This document shows, piece by piece, positions 6,800-10,448 of a DNA stretch of 10,448 nt (positions within the stretch are counted from its first letter, which is position 1; each line of letters starts with the position of its first letter). Made by a program: the position numbers and the translations under genes. The notes below the pieces were generated by a model. The model did no database searches. It was not told where the DNA came from and worked only from the letters and a program-made list of their open reading frames with translations. This DNA comes from Oligoflexales bacterium (lineage in GTDB: Bacteria > Bdellovibrionota_B > Oligoflexia > Oligoflexales > Bog-1112), in NCBI GenBank assembly GCA_045105515.1, contig JBGCDR010000375.1, forward strand, positions 1-10,448, given 5' to 3'.

Positions 6800-8782
6800 T
6801 TGGAAGCACTGGATGAGGAAATTGTCCAAAATTTAAAAGCTTATAAGATTTATAACAAGCAAAGAATCAACCGGCTCTTGACTTTGATGCCCGCTAAAAA
6901 ATCTCATATATTTCACATTTTACCATTCTTAACAAGCGTAAATATTAAAGGGCTACCTGGCTATATCGACGATCCCGATGCTCCCTGTGGCATCCAAGGT
7001 TTCAAGTTCAAGGATGAATTAAAACAGGCCCTTGAAAAGAGTTTTCCAGATCATCAATGCCTGAAAATGAGTACAGAAATACTCTTTCCTAAAACACGCA
7101 GCATTTCCTCCCTTTTGCTCATCGGCAGCTTAGGGACCATAGCACAAAGTGATAAATCTGATTTTGATTTTTGGGCATGTGTTTTCAAGGACAAACTTAG
7201 CTTGAATCAACAGAATATGCTGCAAAAAAAAATGACTCTTATTGAAGAATGGGCAGAGGAGTGTTGGGACCTAGAGGTACATTTTTTTATCACTGACATC
7301 CAAATGGTCCGGAATAATGACTTTGGACAAGCAGGAGGAGAAAGTGCAGGGTCTTGCATAGGCAAATTGCTGAAAGAAGAGTTTTATCGAACTTCTATAC
7401 ATGTCATGGGAAAAATCCCCTTTTGGTGGATAGTACCTGCACATATCGATGAAAAAACCTATGTACGCTATAAAAATAGCGTCCGGGAAAGTAAGACCGT
7501 AAAGCCTTCACTCTTTGTAGACCTTGGCCTGCTGTCTGCGATCACCAAGGATGAATTTTTTGGTGCGGCCATCTGGCAAATCAGCAAGGCAATGGATTCT
7601 CCCTTTAAGTCTTCACTAAAAATGGGCATGCTCGATGTATTTATCGACCCTGAGGTAGAAGTACAACTGCTATGCGACTCACTAAAACAGAAAGTTCAAG
7701 AATCCAAGGGCAGTGAGTTAATTTTGTCAAACATTGATCCCTATAAGATCATGGTAGACACTGTACTTGCTTATTACAAACAAAAAGAAAAACATGATAT
7801 CCATACTCTATTGCAAACTTGTCTATTTATTAAAAGTGATTTAGATCCTGGAAGAATAGAGTTACACAAAGATGATTTAAACTTCAAAGAAGGATTTTTT
7901 AAAGAGTATGTAATGGAGTGGAATTGGGACTACCAAAAGCTAATGGCTTTGGGGAGTTTCAAAACCTGGAGCTTCCATAACGTGCTTGCATTGGGGAAAG
8001 AAGTTCACAACTATCTTCTAAAAACTTATCAAAATCTATCTAGATTGCTAAAGGATGACCCTACAAACAAGCAATTAATATCAGATCAAGACATAACGGT
8101 GATTGGCCGCAAGCTCGACAGTTTCTATTCATCTAAACCTGCAAAAATTCCCTTTCTAAAACGAGCTTTTGCTTCAGGCTTAATGCAAGAAAGCCTAAGC
8201 TTTCACTTTGCTCCCAATAAGCCAAAGCAAGTCTGTTGGACCTTATTCAGGGGCCAGATTGGAGCATCACAACTCAAACAAAAAGAAATAAAGGATGCTT
8301 TTCTGAAGCAAGGATGCAACCCTGCTGAAATGCTCGTGTGGTGTCAATTTAACATGATTATGAATAAAGATACTTCCATTTATTTACTACCAAGTCCCTC
8401 ACCAGTCACCATAAATGACCTACAAGATCTTGCAGGCTTATTGTTTTCTGACTTTATCGTTCGCCGGATATCAGATATTAAAAATGAAGATTTACTTAAA
8501 GAAGCCAAGAGGACTAAAACTCTGATAATAGGTAACTTCTCAACTAATAAGACTGTCCGGGATGTGGAGGAACTTACTTTTATTCATCACAATAGCTGGG
8601 GAGAGATCTACTGTTTTACCAAAAAAGGTAATCCTGTGAATAGTATTCAAGAAAGCCTTGCATTTACCAACGTCCCCCTTAAAGATCTACTCAGCAAAAT
8701 AGTTATCCATGTACCCAAAGGTCCAAATCGAAAAATCCTCGAGCAAAAAATCATGGTGCACCTACATGAGGCAATCAAGTAG
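6800..8782 (+). CDS. cyaA: Class I adenylate cyclase, 660 aa
   Basis: Nucleotidyltransferase motif IGSLGTIAQSDKSDFDFW (Asp codons 7160..7162 and 7166..7168), plus EVHFF, ESAGS...LLKEEFYRT, GKIPFWW, FFGAAIWQISKAMDSPFKS, DPY, GRKL and NSWGE, colinear with enterobacterial CyaA motifs. TTG start with AGGA upstream. Confidence 0.93.
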   Translation: MEALDEEIVQNLKAYKIYNKQRINRLLTLMPAKKSHIFHILPFLTSVNIKGLPGYIDDPDAPCGIQGFKFKDELKQALEKSFPDHQCLKMSTEILFPKTRSISSLLLIGSLGTIAQSDKSDFDFWACVFKDKLSLNQQNMLQKKMTLIEEWAEECWDLEVHFFITDIQMVRNNDFGQAGGESAGSCIGKLLKEEFYRTSIHVMGKIPFWWIVPAHIDEKTYVRYKNSVRESKTVKPSLFVDLGLLSAITKDEFFGAAIWQISKAMDSPFKSSLKMGMLDVFIDPEVEVQLLCDSLKQKVQESKGSELILSNIDPYKIMVDTVLAYYKQKEKHDIHTLLQTCLFIKSDLDPGRIELHKDDLNFKEGFFKEYVMEWNWDYQKLMALGSFKTWSFHNVLALGKEVHNYLLKTYQNLSRLLKDDPTNKQLISDQDITVIGRKLDSFYSSKPAKIPFLKRAFASGLMQESLSFHFAPNKPKQVCWTLFRGQIGASQLKQKEIKDAFLKQGCNPAEMLVWCQFNMIMNKDTSIYLLPSPSPVTINDLQDLAGLLFSDFIVRRISDIKNEDLLKEAKRTKTLIIGNFSTNKTVRDVEELTFIHHNSWGEIYCFTKKGNPVNSIQESLAFTNVPLKDLLSKIVIHVPKGPNRKILEQKIMVHLHEAIK

Positions 8783-8783
8783 T

Positions 8784-9902
8784 CTATGGCTTGGGCTCCA
8801 TCGCTAACAAGCGACCACTATCGGTTGCCAACCAAATTCGACCTTTGGGGCCTATCCTCGCAAGCCGGATTCGTTCACCTAAGTTTTTAAGCAACCTGTG
8901 TTCCCTGAGCACCAATTTGTTTTTAATTACCAAGTGATTCACATGAGTTTTTGCCAAGGCTCCTGCAAACAAATGTCCCTTCCACTTGGGAAAAAGCTTT
9001 CCTTCATAGAAGGTCATCCCACATGGAGCAATCGAGGGCACATAAACCTTTTTGGGCTGTTCCATACCCTTCTTATGGGTTCCTTGCCCAACCTTACGAT
9101 CAGAGCTGTATTCCTTACCATAGGAGATCACAGGCCAGCCATAGTTCTTGCCTGGTCCAATAAGGTTAAGCTCATCCCCACCCCTTGGGCCATGCTCTAT
9201 GGCCCATAACTGGCCTGATCCATCAAAGGCCAAACCTTGCGGATTTCTATGACCATAAGTCCAGATCTCCGGCAGTGCACCTTTCTTTTCAGTAAAGGGA
9301 TTGTCTTTAGGAGCTTTTCCATCTGCAGTTAATCGTAAAATGCTGCCAGCGTGGGTACTGAGTTTTTGACCGTTCTCGCGTTCGCCCCGGTCTCCTATTG
9401 ACATAAATAAGTAACCCTTCTTACCCATCACCACTCGCGAACCAAAATGAACTCCCGTGTAGGAATATGCATTGCTACTAAAAATTTCCTGCCAAGAGCC
9501 ATATTCATGATTGACAAGCTCTGCACGTGCAAGCCTGGTATTAGCCTGATTTCGTGCTTTTGAAAGTGCCGAATAAGTAACGTAGACCCACCTTTGCTTT
9601 TTTACTTTAAAAATTTGCAGATCAAGCATGCCACCCTGGCCATTTTTTAAAAACTCTGGAGAATCCTGTTTTTCATATTTTCCTGTTGCCACCTTCAGTC
9701 TATAGATCCCCTGATCCCTGAGGTTGAGCAATAATGTTTTATCATCAATCCAGTCAAAACCCCAGATTCTGCCAGGAAGCTTAGCTTGTTCTTTTACTAT
9801 GAAGTCATGGCCTTCTGAGCTGCCTTTTGCTACCACCTTAGCCAAGGCATCAATACTTATGCAGTGAAGGAACAAAGTGATGAATAGGGGGAACTTGTTC
9901 AT
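8784..9902 (-). CDS. Secreted PQQ-dependent aldose sugar dehydrogenase (glucose/sorbosone dehydrogenase, YliI/Asd-like beta-propeller), 372 aa
   Basis: AAGGAG ribosome-binding site; signal peptide ending in A-L-A; motifs GQGGMLD, HFGSR, GDRG, YGHRNPQGL, EHGPRGGDELN, GKNYGWP, SIAPCG, ERIR. Confidence 0.93.
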   Translation of the reverse strand: MNKFPLFITLFLHCISIDALAKVVAKGSSEGHDFIVKEQAKLPGRIWGFDWIDDKTLLLNLRDQGIYRLKVATGKYEKQDSPEFLKNGQGGMLDLQIFKVKKQRWVYVTYSALSKARNQANTRLARAELVNHEYGSWQEIFSSNAYSYTGVHFGSRVVMGKKGYLFMSIGDRGERENGQKLSTHAGSILRLTADGKAPKDNPFTEKKGALPEIWTYGHRNPQGLAFDGSGQLWAIEHGPRGGDELNLIGPGKNYGWPVISYGKEYSSDRKVGQGTHKKGMEQPKKVYVPSIAPCGMTFYEGKLFPKWKGHLFAGALAKTHVNHLVIKNKLVLREHRLLKNLGERIRLARIGPKGRIWLATDSGRLLAMEPKP

Positions 9903-10029
9903 GGGGTCTCCTTTTTATAGATACTTTCCACTGAATATACCATACTGACCGAATTATTACCTTGCGCTTCAGTACTTCACAAACATAAAACCCTAGCAAA
10001 AAAGGCTTGAAAACAAAAAATATTAATAG

Positions 10030-10051
10030 TTAATTTAATTGAATAAATTAA
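10030..10051. promoter_or_regulatory. Inverted repeat TTAATTTA-N6-TAAATTAA, possible operator
   Basis: Perfect 8-bp arms (10030..10037 and 10044..10051) in the divergent gap between the dehydrogenase and the lipoprotein gene. The very AT-rich context makes a chance match plausible. Confidence 0.3.
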
Positions 10052-10125
10052 GTATTTTTATTTTAATCTCAACATATTTTCCCATCACTCCGAAAATTTT
10101 TAAGGACAATTAGAGGTGAGTTCAC

Positions 10126-10448
10126 ATGTTTCGTTTTATTATATTTTTTTAGTCATAGCTGGCTGTGGTAGCCGGCAGTTGCAGTTCTTTGAAGAGGATA
10201 CTCCCGTTCATAAGCCACTTGCTAAAGAGCAAACATTTTTATTAAAAGAACCTGAAGATGCAAGCTTAAACCTCAAAGAATTAGATTCAAAAAAAGTACA
10301 GATCAAGGCAATAGAGTTGTCTAACAATTGATAAAACCCTTTGGTAGCTTAATTTATGTTATTTTATAGTTCCAAAGACCTGCTGCTGCGTAACCTATTT
10401 CATCACGAAGCTTATCAATTCTGACTCTTAACTTTGAAGAAGCTGCGT
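10126..10448 (+). pseudogene. Frameshifted, probably decayed lipoprotein gene
   Basis: GAGGTG (10113..10118) lies 7 nt before ATG 10126. The frame reads MFRFIIFF then stops at TAG 10150..10152. One extra T in the T7 run (10144..10150) gives MFRFIIFFLVIAGC-GSRQLQFFEEDT..., with a lipobox, joining the frame that ends at 10331. That frame continues with several stops (**NPLVA*FMLFYSSKDLLLRNLFHHEAYQF*LLTLKKLR). The right boundary is uncertain. Confidence 0.55.

Noticed and set aside
6800..8782. CBASS/Pycsar-type defence cyclase
   Set aside because: The GS...DxD motif is shared across the polymerase-beta superfamily, but many class I adenylate cyclase motifs are present and no defence effector gene is adjacent.
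8898..9209. Plus-strand ORFs 8898..9209 and 8951..9163, including as a frameshifted cyaA tail
   Set aside because: They lie antisense within the intact dehydrogenase gene and show no cyclase-like sequence.
1..10448. Stop-codon reassignment as an explanation for the interrupted genes
   Set aside because: All long genes are uninterrupted in the standard code and end in TGA or TAG. The interruptions mix TAA, TGA and frameshifts, which fits decay or sequencing error.
1..10448. CRISPR arrays, tRNA/rRNA, IS elements, tandem repeats
   Set aside because: No repeat-spacer periodicity, cloverleaf, transposase/integrase ORF or terminal repeats were seen on manual reading.

Overview
AT-rich bacterial chromosomal window. 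The core has four well-supported genes. On the minus strand, a two-gene unit encodes an N-terminally anchored fusion of two solute-binding proteins (TRAP DctP domain + LivJ/HAAT-type domain, 4370..6466) overlapping a membrane hybrid histidine kinase (sensor-HAMP-HisKA-HATPase-REC, 2218..4383). Divergent from it is a class I adenylate cyclase (cyaA, 6800..8782, TTG start, shortened C-terminus), which converges on a secreted PQQ-dependent aldose sugar dehydrogenase (8784..9902). The left part holds two orphan secreted proteins, an unlisted 38-codon sORF and an interrupted secreted-protein gene. The right edge holds a lipoprotein gene broken by a frameshift in a T7 run. The most notable item is the dual binding protein paired with a kinase and no transporter genes, a candidate two-ligand sensing module next to a cAMP source. 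No RNA genes, CRISPR arrays or mobile elements were recognised. All assignments are from motif recognition; no database searches were run.
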